Source of the DNA: a virus
Lineage: Duplodnaviria; Caudoviricetes
IMG/VR virus record: IMGVR_UViG_3300046010_005980
Span: 1 to 55,914 of that record
Strand: one strand, 5' to 3'
DNA length: 55,914 nt
Made by a program: the position numbers and the translations under genes. Position 1 is the stretch's first letter. Every line of letters starts with the position of its first letter. Of this stretch, positions 1 to 8,626 are shown piece by piece. The notes under the pieces are model-generated. The model saw nothing but the letters and a program-made list of their open reading frames with translations, had not been told where the DNA came from and ran no database searches.

Positions 1-621
1 GGCTTCCACATGCGGAGCGATCTCGAGCTTCGACATGGGAATCCGGTTGGCTTCCACCTTGTCGAGAAACTCCTCCAAGCTCAGCGCCTCACCCGTCTCC
101 GAGATGGCATAGCGCACGGTGGCGTCGGCGTTGAAGTACGGCGTGTTGATGAAGTTGCCCACATCCCCACGGTCGAACAGTATCTTGTCCTGCTTCGGGA
201 ATATCTCCCGACCAGCAAAGCCCAGCACGGCCGCCATCTCGGTCAGGTATTCCCGCACCATGGCGGCCGGATACCAGCCGTCCAAGAACAGGTACAGGTG
301 TGCCCCGCCAGACTTCGAGCGGCACTGGATCAGCGGCAGCTTCTGGTTCTTGATACGTGCAGCCAAGGCCTTGTGGTCGAGGTCGTAGTCGTCGACATCG
401 ATGGCCCCGAAGCAGCACTCGTTCTTCGAATTGATCGGGATCGCGCCGACGCCCTGCTTTCCTGCAAGATGCGCCTCGACGTGCTCCTCCGTCATCACCT
501 CACGGATGACATAACTGTTGGCTTCTGCCTTGCCGTTTCTCGCAACTCGGCCCACGGTCGTTCGTCCATGGGCCAAGTCCGAGCCTTGAAAGGCAAGCAG
601 AAGACGTCTGGCGTTATTCAT
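1..621 (-). CDS. Primase/primase-polymerase (AEP-like) N-terminal part, runs off the window
   Basis: Hand-translated from ATG 621: MNNARRLLLAFQGSDLAHG...FGAIDVDDY...RSKSGGAHLYLF...GNFINTPYF. DxD plus SxxGxH motifs are typical of archaeo-eukaryotic primases; replication-module context. Confidence 0.7.
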   Translation of the reverse strand, partial: MNNARRLLLAFQGSDLAHGRTTVGRVARNGKAEANSYVIREVMTEEHVEAHLAGKQGVGAIPINSKNECCFGAIDVDDYDLDHKALAARIKNQKLPLIQCRSKSGGAHLYLFLDGWYPAAMVREYLTEMAAVLGFAGREIFPKQDKILFDRGDVGNFINTPYFNADATVRYAISETGEALSLEEFLDKVEANRIPMSKLEIAPHVEA

Positions 622-1048
622 CAGCCCTCTTCCTACGATGTTTTGCCCACGCACTTTTCTCGCCTGTTCTCTCTCGGCAGTAAGACGTGAATCCGGGCAT
701 GTTTAGATTTTCTTTTTGTGTCCCCCAGCGAAGGTTGTCCGCCCTATTGTTCAGGGCGTTCTCGTCCAGATGGATTACAACGGCGTTCGGAAAAGGAGGC
801 GGACCATAGAAGGCTTCACAGATCAGCCGATGGATTTTCTTCTGCCCAAAGGACTGTGTCCGAATACCGTAGTAACAGTGTCTGGCGGTCTTTGAGGACC
901 TTGTCTTCACTCCTAAAACGGGCTTTGTTTTGTACGTGCGGACAACGCCACTTCGCAGCACCACAGTTGTTTCGGGGAGCTTTATAAAGCCAAGGCTGCT
1001 GGCAAGCATCCCCGGACACGACGGCACAGGTCGCCACTCTTCTTCCAT
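614..1048 (-). CDS. Free-standing NUMOD4-HNH homing endonuclease
   Basis: EEEWRPVP N-terminus; HRLICEAF...VIHLDENALNNRADNLRWGTQKEN HNH motif; GGAGG RBS before ATG 1048; lower GC than neighbours. Confidence 0.85.
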   Translation of the reverse strand: MEEEWRPVPSCPGMLASSLGFIKLPETTVVLRSGVVRTYKTKPVLGVKTRSSKTARHCYYGIRTQSFGQKKIHRLICEAFYGPPPFPNAVVIHLDENALNNRADNLRWGTQKENLNMPGFTSYCRERTGEKSAWAKHRRKRADE

Positions 1049-1069
1049 GATTCCCTCCATAGGTTATAA

Positions 1070-1098
1070 GGTGTCAAGCCTAACTCAGGCTTGACACC
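1070..1098. promoter_or_regulatory. Perfect 12-bp inverted repeat upstream of HNH gene
   Basis: GGTGTCAAGCCT-AACTC-AGGCTTGACACC; contains TTGACA on both strands. Confidence 0.5.
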
Positions 1099-1107
1099 GT
1101 ATCAAGC

Positions 1108-1893
1108 CTAAAACGGGATAGAATCGTCTCGGCCGCCGCCCTCGGAATGGTTCTCGGCTTGCGCCTTCACCTCGCCGCGCATGATGCTCTCGCGGAAATT
1201 CTTGGCCTCAACCAGAAGGTCACGGGTATCGACCGTGCCGACCTTGTCGATGGACCAGTTGTAGAAGTCGCCCTTGTCGTTGGTCTCTTCCGTGGTTGTC
1301 AGGAGCCACATCGTAGCGAACACTGGCGGGGTAATGATGGCACCCGTCGTCGGATGCTTGATCTTCTGCATGGCGATCTGCGTCTTCCAGCGACGCGAGA
1401 CCTTGAGCTGCGTGGACTTCATGTCAACCACAACGGGCTGGGTCATGCCGTCTTCGTCTACGATCAGGCAGAAGTGCTGGTCAGACTTCACCAACTCGTT
1501 GCCTGTCGGCAGGATTTCCTTGCTGCCGTTGCGGCTGGTGCGCTGCAGGATCGGATCGTTGGCGTTGATCTCGCCCCGGAACCCGCCGCCGCTTTCGCGA
1601 GGGACAAACTCCAGATACTTCGTGGTCTGGTAGCAGGGGATGATGACCAGCCCCTTCTCGCCTGCCCACATCTGCCCGGTGAGCGTGTTGTACGCATCGC
1701 CAGTGGAGAGGCCTTCGATGTACTCGGGCTTCTTCTTGTTCAGTTGCGGAGACAGGGACTGCGCCACACGCACGAACGGGATTTGCATCTCGGACGAGTC
1801 GAAGGCTGCGCCCTCTCCCGCCATGCCGAAGATGTCGTCCATCACTTCGTTGGACAGGGCGGTCTGGTTGGCTTTTGCCACAGCAGTGGTCAT
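1108..1893 (-). CDS. Phage single-stranded DNA-binding protein-like
   Basis: 261 aa with acidic C-terminal tail DDSIPF resembling the SSB tip; replication cluster. Confidence 0.65.
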   Translation of the reverse strand: MTTAVAKANQTALSNEVMDDIFGMAGEGAAFDSSEMQIPFVRVAQSLSPQLNKKKPEYIEGLSTGDAYNTLTGQMWAGEKGLVIIPCYQTTKYLEFVPRESGGGFRGEINANDPILQRTSRNGSKEILPTGNELVKSDQHFCLIVDEDGMTQPVVVDMKSTQLKVSRRWKTQIAMQKIKHPTTGAIITPPVFATMWLLTTTEETNDKGDFYNWSIDKVGTVDTRDLLVEAKNFRESIMRGEVKAQAENHSEGGGRDDSIPF

Positions 1894-1895
1894 GA

Positions 1896-2453
1896 TTATT
1901 TCCTCCGGATATCAGCAGCGTTGACGACGTATGCACCGAACATGTCGAGATCGATGGGCTTGCCACCCTCGACACGCTCTTTGACAAAAGCCTTCAGCGT
2001 CTGGGAATGAATGTGGGTCTTGATTTCGGGGTCGAAGCCCTGCTCACGCAGGATGCCGACAGCGTTCTTGGCAGCGTTGTCTTCGCCACGTCCGAAGGAC
2101 ACCGTCACATCGTTCTTGATGATGTCGTCCAGACCGTTGTCGCGAAGCCAGCCGAAGGCCTTCTCGCGGTTGTCCTCAGAGATCGAGGCCGACACGATGA
2201 GCTTGCGTGTCACAGCCACGCCGTCAACGTCGAGGCGGTCAACGCCCATCTCGTCCATCACGCCGGGGATCAGTTCGGTGGTGAGCTTCTGACGCTCCTG
2301 CTTCAAGGCCTTGAGATCGGCTTCCACCTTCTCGATGTCCTTGTCCACCTGCCGCAACGTGCGGACGAGGTCGCTCAGGTTCTTGGTCTCTTGGGTGCCC
2401 ACGTTTGACAGCGCGTCGGCTTCGCTGAAGATGTCGTCGAAGATGTCGGTCAC
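1896..2453 (-). CDS. Conserved phage replication-module protein (coiled-coil)
   Basis: C-terminal part of ORF 1896..3977; GTG start after AGAGGA RBS; AFGWLRDNGLDDIIKN and HSQTLKAFVKE motifs recognised from phage proteins adjacent to SSB. Confidence 0.7.
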   Translation of the reverse strand: MTDIFDDIFSEADALSNVGTQETKNLSDLVRTLRQVDKDIEKVEADLKALKQERQKLTTELIPGVMDEMGVDRLDVDGVAVTRKLIVSASISEDNREKAFGWLRDNGLDDIIKNDVTVSFGRGEDNAAKNAVGILREQGFDPEIKTHIHSQTLKAFVKERVEGGKPIDLDMFGAYVVNAADIRRK

Positions 2454-2483
2454 AAGTATATCCTCTTCAGGTTTGTGGTTGAT

Positions 2484-2501
2484 CAACAAGTCGTCTTGTT
2501 G
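2484..2501. promoter_or_regulatory. Palindromic operator candidate between divergent genes
   Basis: CAACAAG-TCGT-CTTGTTG in the 75-bp divergent gap. Confidence 0.45.
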
Positions 2502-2528
2502 TAGATGCAGTATATCGGAGGATATGCC

Positions 2529-3983
2529 ATGACTGTCAAGCTGAATTTTAAGACGACGCCATACGCCCATCAGGTGACGGCGCTCGAACGCTCTCTCGAC
2601 CGGGAGTCCTATGGATTCTTCATGGAGATGGGCACTGGTAAGTCGAAGGTGCTGATCGACACCATCAGCAACCTGTACCTCGAGGGCAAGATAGACTTCG
2701 CCCTGATCATTGCACCCAAAGGCGTGTACCGCAACTGGGTGTCGAAAGAAATCCCAGAGCACATGCCCGACGAGTTGGAGAAGCGGGTGATTCGCTGGGT
2801 GTCCACTGCGAACAAGGAACAAGAGGCCGAGATCAAGTCGGTCGGCAAGTTCTTCGGGGGCCTGACCCTCTTCGTCATGAACGTCGAAGCTTTCTCTGCC
2901 CTCAAGGGCAAGCAGGCAGGCGAGTGGTTGGGCAAGAAGTTCGGGGCCCGAGGTCTGATCGGCATCGACGAATCGACCACCATCAAGAACCACAAAGCCA
3001 AGAGGACCAAGGCCCTCGTCAAGATCGCCTCGATGTTCAAGTACCGTCGGCTGCTGACGGGGTCGCCTGTGACCAAGTCGCCCATGGACATCTACGCGCA
3101 ATGCGAGTTCCTCGGACCTCGGCTCTTGGGCTGCGACAGCTACTACGCTTTCCAAGGGCGGTACGCTGTGACGCAGAAGCGGAAGATGGGAGCACACAGC
3201 TTCGAACAGATCGTCGGCTACCGCAATCTGGAGGAGCTCGGACATCGGATCGACAGCTTCGCCTACCGGGTCCTGAAGAAAGAGTGCCTCGACCTGCCGG
3301 AGAAAACCTACAGCGCCCGCTACGTGACGATGACGCCCGAGCAGCAGAAGATGTACGAGGAGATTAGGAAGGAGGCGTTCACCCTGATCGACGGGACAGA
3401 GCTGGTGTCTACCCCTGTCGTGATCACGCAGCTTCTCCGCCTGCAACAGGTGCTGTCCGGCCACCTCAAGACGGACGAGGGTGAGCTCGTCACCTTCAAG
3501 TCGAACCGCATGGAGGCGCTGCTCGAGATACTCGAGGAGCACGATGGCAAGGCCATCATCTGGTCTCGCTTCCGGCACGACATCATCTCGATCACCGAGG
3601 CGCTTCGCAAAGAGTACGGCCCGCAGGTGGCGGCCGCCTACTTCGGGGACACCTCGGACGAGGAGCGCAACGACATCGTGCGAAACTTCCAGAACCCCGG
3701 GCATCCGCTGCGCTTCTTCATAGGCAACCCAGCCACGGCAGGCTATGGTCTGACGCTGACGGAGGCGAACCTCGTGGTCTACTATGCCAACTCCTTTGAC
3801 CTCGAACATCGGCTGCAAAGCGAAGATCGGGCGCACAGGATCGGGCAGAAGAACCCGGTCACCTACATCGATCTGATCACCGAGAAAACGGTGGACGAGA
3901 AGATTGTGGCAGCATTGAGGAACAAGATCGACATTGGGGCGAAGGTCCTCAGAGAGGAGGCGCGCAAATGGCTGCAACTCTAG
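2529..3983 (+). CDS. SNF2-family (SF2) helicase
   Basis: MEMGTGKS Walker A, DEST motif II, LTGSP, GYGLTLTEA, QSEDRAHRIGQ motif VI. Confidence 0.92.
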   Translation: MTVKLNFKTTPYAHQVTALERSLDRESYGFFMEMGTGKSKVLIDTISNLYLEGKIDFALIIAPKGVYRNWVSKEIPEHMPDELEKRVIRWVSTANKEQEAEIKSVGKFFGGLTLFVMNVEAFSALKGKQAGEWLGKKFGARGLIGIDESTTIKNHKAKRTKALVKIASMFKYRRLLTGSPVTKSPMDIYAQCEFLGPRLLGCDSYYAFQGRYAVTQKRKMGAHSFEQIVGYRNLEELGHRIDSFAYRVLKKECLDLPEKTYSARYVTMTPEQQKMYEEIRKEAFTLIDGTELVSTPVVITQLLRLQQVLSGHLKTDEGELVTFKSNRMEALLEILEEHDGKAIIWSRFRHDIISITEALRKEYGPQVAAAYFGDTSDEERNDIVRNFQNPGHPLRFFIGNPATAGYGLTLTEANLVVYYANSFDLEHRLQSEDRAHRIGQKNPVTYIDLITEKTVDEKIVAALRNKIDIGAKVLREEARKWLQL

Positions 3984-4282
3984 CCGAGCTGGACAACATC
4001 ACAGGCGACGACCTCATGGCCCACTGGCAGTTCATGAAGGCGGTGCTGGAGTACAAGTTTGGGGATCGGACGAGGGACGATGCCCTCGAACACATGAGCT
4101 ACTACAGCGGGCTCGAGGTGTTCTTCTGCGAGATCATGCTCAAAGAGCTGTGTCGGGAGCGCCTCGGCGCTCTCGTCATTTCTTTTCCGAAGCTACCGCC
4201 ATGTCCTCCGCCATACTACCCTCTTCCGGTTGAATCGCGCGGTACTTTTCGCGGATCATCACGGCGAGTTGCCGAGCCATAG
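3968..4282 (+). CDS. Hypothetical protein
   Basis: Overlaps helicase stop, GAGGAGG RBS upstream; 3' end overlaps the convergent gene. Confidence 0.55.
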   Translation: MAATLAELDNITGDDLMAHWQFMKAVLEYKFGDRTRDDALEHMSYYSGLEVFFCEIMLKELCRERLGALVISFPKLPPCPPPYYPLPVESRGTFRGSSRRVAEP

Positions 4283-4373
4283 AGCGGTCCTCTTTCTCGG
4301 CGATGATGGCAAGAAGTTTGTGGTCGTCCTCGGGGACGGCCACATTCCGAAAGACAAGACCTTTATTGGCCAT
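4176..4373 (-). CDS. Ribbon-helix-helix (Arc/CopG-like) DNA-binding protein
   Basis: RNVAVPEDDHKLLAIIAEKEDRSMARQLAVMI fits the RHH pattern; GGAGG RBS. Confidence 0.65.
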   Translation of the reverse strand: MANKGLVFRNVAVPEDDHKLLAIIAEKEDRSMARQLAVMIREKYRAIQPEEGSMAEDMAVASEKK

Positions 4374-4436
4374 CGTGTGTAGCCTCCAACAAGCAGCTTA
4401 TGACAGGGTTATAGCTGTCCTGTGAGCAGGAAACAA

Positions 4437-4547
4437 GGCTCTTCGGTTTTGGGTATCGCGAGGGGCGCGATGGTGGATGGTGAGCCGTAGCGCAGTCTGA
4501 CCTTCGACCAAGACAAAACCGCAGGTTTCGTGTGCGCCCCTCGCAAT
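4437..4547 (-). ncRNA. Candidate structured RNA (11-bp closing stem with two pseudoknot-compatible pairings)
   Basis: 4458-4468 pairs with 4534-4544; 4444-4451 with 4514-4521; 4437-4441 with 4482-4486; G-U pairs favour the minus strand; intergenic. Confidence 0.45.
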
Positions 4548-4551
4548 CTTT

Positions 4552-4839
4552 TTAGCCGCGCTTTCCGGCAGCTTCAAGTGCTCTTTGGATGGCGGCGGGG
4601 CTGCACGACCATAGGGCCGGGGTCCTCTTGTCACTGACCTGCTCGTCTGGCTTGGGCTTCGTCTTGGACGGCATCGTGGGTGCGTACTTGCTGAGCGGCA
4701 GCGCGATGCCGAAGCGCTCACATGCAGCGTCAATCGAGCTACGATGCATCGAATAGTGGGCCGCGGTCAACGATACGCTCCAGCCCTTGTCTCGCGCCGC
4801 AATGATCATGTCGCGCGTGATGATCTTCCTACCAGCCAT
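4552..4839 (-). CDS. Small putative helix-turn-helix protein
   Basis: GWSVSLTAAHYSMHRSSIDAACERFGI resembles an HTH; part of an overlapping leftward operon. Confidence 0.55.
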   Translation of the reverse strand: MAGRKIITRDMIIAARDKGWSVSLTAAHYSMHRSSIDAACERFGIALPLSKYAPTMPSKTKPKPDEQVSDKRTPALWSCSPAAIQRALEAAGKRG

Positions 4840-5008
4840 TCCGGTCCTCTGCTTCTTGTTTGATACGGTTGATGTCCGGCAGGTTCTGCCGGGCCATGTA
4901 TTGTAGCAGCTCGAACTGCTCTTGTGTCAGCCACCAAGCCGGGCATTTCACATACCCAGCCAGCCTCAGGGCCCTCGCTCCGGGGCTGTTGCTGGCTTCA
5001 CGGGGCAT
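4829..5008 (-). CDS. Hypothetical protein
   Basis: ATG 5008 after GAGGG RBS; overlaps both neighbours. Confidence 0.6.
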   Translation of the reverse strand: MPREASNSPGARALRLAGYVKCPAWWLTQEQFELLQYMARQNLPDINRIKQEAEDRNGW

Positions 5009-5192
5009 TGGTTCCCTCAATCTCGGCGATGATGGCGCGGGCTGTTGAGCAACCGCACTCACCCGCAATCTCCCGCAGCGCCTCCACCGCCTTCGCCAGA
5101 TTGGCGGTCAGGGTTTCGATGCGGTCGGCGGCAGCGATGGTGTCTTTGTTGCCGCGACCCCGCAGTCGGGCGAGTAGTCTTTCGTCAGTCAT
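4998..5192 (-). CDS. Hypothetical coiled-coil protein (paralog of adjacent gene)
   Basis: Shares ADRIE-x-LT, LAKAVE and AEIEG segments with 5189..5635. Confidence 0.65.
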   Translation of the reverse strand: MTDERLLARLRGRGNKDTIAAADRIETLTANLAKAVEALREIAGECGCSTARAIIAEIEGTNAP

Positions 5193-5635
5193 GTCTGCTC
5201 TCCCTCAATCTCGGCCAGCGTGGCGTCAATGCGGCGGCACAGTTCCATGTCTCGCTCCCACTTACGCTCGTAGACTGGATGCTCGTCCTTCGGCCATTCG
5301 TGGGTGACATACTCCTCAAGGTCTTGCCGCGCCTCCTTGAGCAACTCCACCGCCTTCGCCAGCTTGGCTTCAAGAGCATCACCCCTGCGGTCCGCTTGAC
5401 GGATCATCGCCTCTTGGTTCTTGTTCATAGCCTCCAGCTCCTCCGCATAGGCCTCGGCCTCCTTGGCGTCAGCACGGGCGGCTTCGAGTTGCTCGGTCAG
5501 GGCTTCGATGCGGTCGGCTTGCTTATGACCGTCCGCAAAGCCCACTGCATATGCCGCTCCCTTCTTGAGATCGGCGTGCGTGGGCGTGGCGGCGGGGTTG
5601 TGGGCGTGCCACCGTTGAACGGGGTTGTCACTCAT
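5189..5635 (-). CDS. Hypothetical coiled-coil protein
   Basis: 148 aa, ATGA overlap with downstream gene. Confidence 0.7.
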   Translation of the reverse strand: MSDNPVQRWHAHNPAATPTHADLKKGAAYAVGFADGHKQADRIEALTEQLEAARADAKEAEAYAEELEAMNKNQEAMIRQADRRGDALEAKLAKAVELLKEARQDLEEYVTHEWPKDEHPVYERKWERDMELCRRIDATLAEIEGEQT

Positions 5636-5636
5636 G

Positions 5637-5828
5637 TCAGTCCCTCCATGTTCCCATGAGCCTTGAGTTTAGGTCAACTACCTCAGTCAGCCGCGCATAG
5701 CGCCAGCGACCCCACTTCCACCGTCCCACCCCCCAGTCTGGCACCGCCACACGGACCATAAACACAGGCAGGAAGCCCCACTTCAGGTGGATCGCGCCCT
5801 GTTGGGCTTCGCTTGTCAGTTCTTTCAT
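5637..5828 (-). CDS. Hypothetical protein
   Basis: ATG 5828 overlapping the upstream stop; Trp-rich. Confidence 0.55.
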   Translation of the reverse strand: MKELTSEAQQGAIHLKWGFLPVFMVRVAVPDWGVGRWKWGRWRYARLTEVVDLNSRLMGTWRD

Positions 5829-6043
5829 TTCCGACCCCGTTCCCAAGCTGCCCGCGACAGCCGATTGGCCAGCGCGTCCATGTCCTCAGTGCTGATCTGG
5901 CGGTTGGTCATAATGGCCCAGTAGACCAAGTCCATAAACCTTTTGGGCGGCAGCACGGATGCCGCATTGTTGATCCCTAATGCCGCCTCTGCCTGCACGT
6001 CCCTGTGCGGCATGGTCTCTTGTCTCTTGCGTAGGAAGAACAT
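5825..6043 (-). CDS. Hypothetical protein
   Basis: Tightly packed in the leftward operon. Confidence 0.6.
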   Translation of the reverse strand: MFFLRKRQETMPHRDVQAEAALGINNAASVLPPKRFMDLVYWAIMTNRQISTEDMDALANRLSRAAWERGRK

Positions 6044-6044
6044 G

Positions 6045-6665
6045 TCAGTAGCCCTCCGGCTTCAGCGCGTCGAGATCGACAGAGAAGTAGACGGCATGTG
6101 CGATGTCCACGTCATGACGGAACATCTCAATGCGGTGCATCTTTCCCGCCCGGCACAGCGCCCGCAGGTGATTGCCAATCGTGGCGGCGTTGAGCTTGTC
6201 CTCGTTCCTCTTGTAGTCGATGTCCCGCTTGAAGAGATTGTAGAAAACCTCGCGGCTCGTCCACACCTGCCCTTCCAGAACCAAGTCGTTGACCAAAGTT
6301 TTCAGGTCGGGCGTGCCAACCTCTTTCTTTGGGGCAGGGGCTGGCGCAGGGGGCGGCACGGGCACAAGCTCTGCGATCCCGCGCTCCTCATGCTGGGTCT
6401 GCTGCGGGAAGATGTAGATCGTCCGCCACGGCACGTCCTGCCGACGGTCCTCGTAATTGGGGATGTAGCGGGTCCGCACTGTGTCCCCCGGCTTGATGTC
6501 AAACCTCTCCGTCTGGCTCTTGTGGAAGAAGATCGAACCTTGGTTCTTGCCGCTCGTGTCTCGGCCATAGGCGTTGCCGGAGAAGGAGACAGAGTAGACG
6601 AGAACCTCGCTCTCGCGCATGTCTTCCAGATCGAAGGCGAGACGCTTGTCGTGTTCGTTTTCCAT
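6045..6665 (-). CDS. Hypothetical protein, two domains with Pro-rich linker
   Basis: 206 aa, PVPPPAPAPAP linker, operon packing. Confidence 0.7.
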   Translation of the reverse strand: MENEHDKRLAFDLEDMRESEVLVYSVSFSGNAYGRDTSGKNQGSIFFHKSQTERFDIKPGDTVRTRYIPNYEDRRQDVPWRTIYIFPQQTQHEERGIAELVPVPPPAPAPAPKKEVGTPDLKTLVNDLVLEGQVWTSREVFYNLFKRDIDYKRNEDKLNAATIGNHLRALCRAGKMHRIEMFRHDVDIAHAVYFSVDLDALKPEGY

Positions 6666-6667
6666 GG

Positions 6668-6946
6668 TCAGTGTACCTTTTTCTTGGTTTCTGGTTCTTC
6701 TAAATGTTCGGCCGCGCCCCGCAGGACGATGGCCATCTTTTTGTCAGGCATGCCAATCGAGCGGGCGTAGACCATCGTCGTGGTCAAGAGCAAGCTCAGG
6801 GCAACCGACCTGTCGTCGCCCATGTAGGCGTCCACAACGGTCAGAAGCAGGGCAGAAAGCTCGTCCGGCTTCATGTCGTCGGGCAGGCACTCAAACGCCG
6901 CCTCGATCATCTTTGTCTTCTCTTCGTGGCTCGTCAAAACGGGCAC
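6668..6946 (-). CDS. Hypothetical protein
   Basis: 92-aa ORF in operon; start uncertain. Confidence 0.6.
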   Translation of the reverse strand: MPVLTSHEEKTKMIEAAFECLPDDMKPDELSALLLTVVDAYMGDDRSVALSLLLTTTMVYARSIGMPDKKMAIVLRGAAEHLEEPETKKKVH

Positions 6947-7107
6947 TCCTTGCCTTGCTTGTACCAGTCGCTGGTCTCGGCCTTGGGATAAACCTTAGAC
7001 TGGGGGGTTGTCTTAGTATTTTCGATGTGCTTGGGCCGCAGGCCCATCTGTTCCATGAACAGCCCGAAGTCGCCGTAGACCTCGGGGGTGAGGGTGCGGT
7101 CGGTCAT
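6934..7107 (-). CDS. Hypothetical protein (57 aa, below ORF-track cutoff)
   Basis: Hand-translated MTDRTLTPEVYGDFGLF...KECPF; ATGA overlap and GGAG RBS; fills the gap. Confidence 0.55.
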   Translation of the reverse strand: MTDRTLTPEVYGDFGLFMEQMGLRPKHIENTKTTPQSKVYPKAETSDWYKQGKECPF

Positions 7108-7313
7108 GCTGCGTCTCCCACTGTTGCGTTCAGGTGATCCACGATCTCCTGAAACAGACGCTTCAGTTCGTCATACTCCTGCTGCGCGGCCAGACCAGCC
7201 TCGCTCTGAGGTAGCAAAGGAATCTGCAAAAGCATCCCCGTCTTGGGCGTGACCAGCACAACCTCGCGCTCGTTGATGTGGCTCTTGGTTCTCGGCACTT
7301 GGACCTTGGTCAT
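7104..7313 (-). CDS. Hypothetical protein
   Basis: MTKVQVPRTK..., ATGA overlap with the upstream gene. Confidence 0.6.
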   Translation of the reverse strand: MTKVQVPRTKSHINEREVVLVTPKTGMLLQIPLLPQSEAGLAAQQEYDELKRLFQEIVDHLNATVGDAA

Positions 7314-8185
7314 GCTGCGTTCCCCATCTTCGGTGCGTGATACGATTTCTTGATGCCAAAGGCCGGGTGCCCCGACCAGAAGCCCTCGATCCACTGATAC
7401 CAGAGGCCGTCCTTCCGCTGGGTGGTATTCTTCCAGCCCTCCTCGGCCCTGCGCCAGTGACCACGGGTATAGTGCAGTGGCATGCAGCGCACAGGCTCGT
7501 CGCGGGTGAGCTTGGCCTTGACCTCTTCGCCAATGTTCCACGTAATCTTGTGCCATGCGTCAGTGGCGTACCCCCCGTTGCGCTTGGCAGCGCGGCGCTC
7601 TTGCCTCGACCCTGCGGGCTCACGCTTGGTGAACGAGGGCTGGTTCAGGAGAGAGCACATCGTTGCGACGGTCAGGACGTTCATGGTGTGGACTTGCTGC
7701 TGCGTCTCGTCCATCCCAGCCGTGTATCCAGAAATAAGAATAGGCTGCTCCACGCCGACCTGATACGATCCCATAAACACGGCCCCAAAGTACGGGGATA
7801 TGAGAAACACTAGGTTCTTCCCTGATCCATCGGGGTCGGCAAAGGCAAGGTACATGAACGGCAGGTTGCTTGCCCTTCCCGTGAAAGATATCTTGGAGCC
7901 GGGAGACCAGAACGCGCAAATGTTTGACGGCAGGCGGCAGTCCGCGTCCAAGATAATTTCGTCAGTGGTCTTCCCGCCGTATGTTTGCTCATACACTTGG
8001 TCAACCGCCCGAACGACGCTGTCGTCAAGCTGGTAGAAGTCACACGCCCCCAGTGCGTCAAGCACATCTTCGGCATTGTCGATGTCGTCCTGTGTTACCC
8101 CCTCCATGTACTTAACCAGAGGCTGCGCCAGACGGCACAGCTCCGCCATCTCGACGATGGAGCTTGGCTCTCGGACCTTGGTCAT
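7310..8185 (-). CDS. Conserved phage hypothetical protein
   Basis: 291 aa; C-terminal HYTRGHWRR...WIEGFWSGHP motif recognised from phage accessory proteins; GGAGG RBS. Confidence 0.75.
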   Translation of the reverse strand: MTKVREPSSIVEMAELCRLAQPLVKYMEGVTQDDIDNAEDVLDALGACDFYQLDDSVVRAVDQVYEQTYGGKTTDEIILDADCRLPSNICAFWSPGSKISFTGRASNLPFMYLAFADPDGSGKNLVFLISPYFGAVFMGSYQVGVEQPILISGYTAGMDETQQQVHTMNVLTVATMCSLLNQPSFTKREPAGSRQERRAAKRNGGYATDAWHKITWNIGEEVKAKLTRDEPVRCMPLHYTRGHWRRAEEGWKNTTQRKDGLWYQWIEGFWSGHPAFGIKKSYHAPKMGNAA

Positions 8186-8412
8186 TGCTTCACCTCCCGC
8201 AGCACGTCGCCCTCTTCATGGTAGACCTTGATCTCTGCCCACGTGCCGTCCCAGAACTGCTCGATGCGGTGCCTGAACAGGGCGATGGGGTTGCCCTTGT
8301 TGCCGAAGGCATCGACAGGCACCGTCTCACCGTCCACGTAGTTTACCACGCGGATTTCCCCGGGCCTCGGACCTTGGTTCTCGGCTGTGCAGTCCAGTTC
8401 CCACTTAGCCAT
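8182..8412 (-). CDS. Hypothetical protein
   Basis: Overlapping operon gene with GGAG RBS. Confidence 0.6.
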   Translation of the reverse strand: MAKWELDCTAENQGPRPGEIRVVNYVDGETVPVDAFGNKGNPIALFRHRIEQFWDGTWAEIKVYHEEGDVLREVKQ

Positions 8413-8626
8413 CTGACTTCTCCCCCACCAATCTCACAAGCACCCCTTCTTTGATCACGGACCTGTAGTGGTGCTTCAGGATGGCCTGAACCAAAGCCAA
8501 AGCCACGTCGGGGTCGAGCGCTACCACCTTGCTTTCGTGATGGCCTACGGCAAGCCAGAGGTGATACCCGTCGTCGGACAGGTAAACACCGTCGCCAAGA
8601 TATCCGAGCTCTTTGTATTCAGTCAT
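8405..8626 (-). CDS. Hypothetical protein
   Basis: YLGDGVY motif; AGGAG RBS. Confidence 0.65.
   Translation of the reverse strand: MTEYKELGYLGDGVYLSDDGYHLWLAVGHHESKVVALDPDVALALVQAILKHHYRSVIKEGVLVRLVGEKSDG

Noticed and set aside
10-690. 226-aa plus-strand ORF
   Set aside because: Antisense shadow of the minus-strand primase, which the ORF track missed because it runs off the window.
2454-3977. N-terminal ~500 aa of the 693-aa minus-strand ORF
   Set aside because: Antisense to the SNF2 helicase; the real gene starts at GTG 2453 with an RBS.
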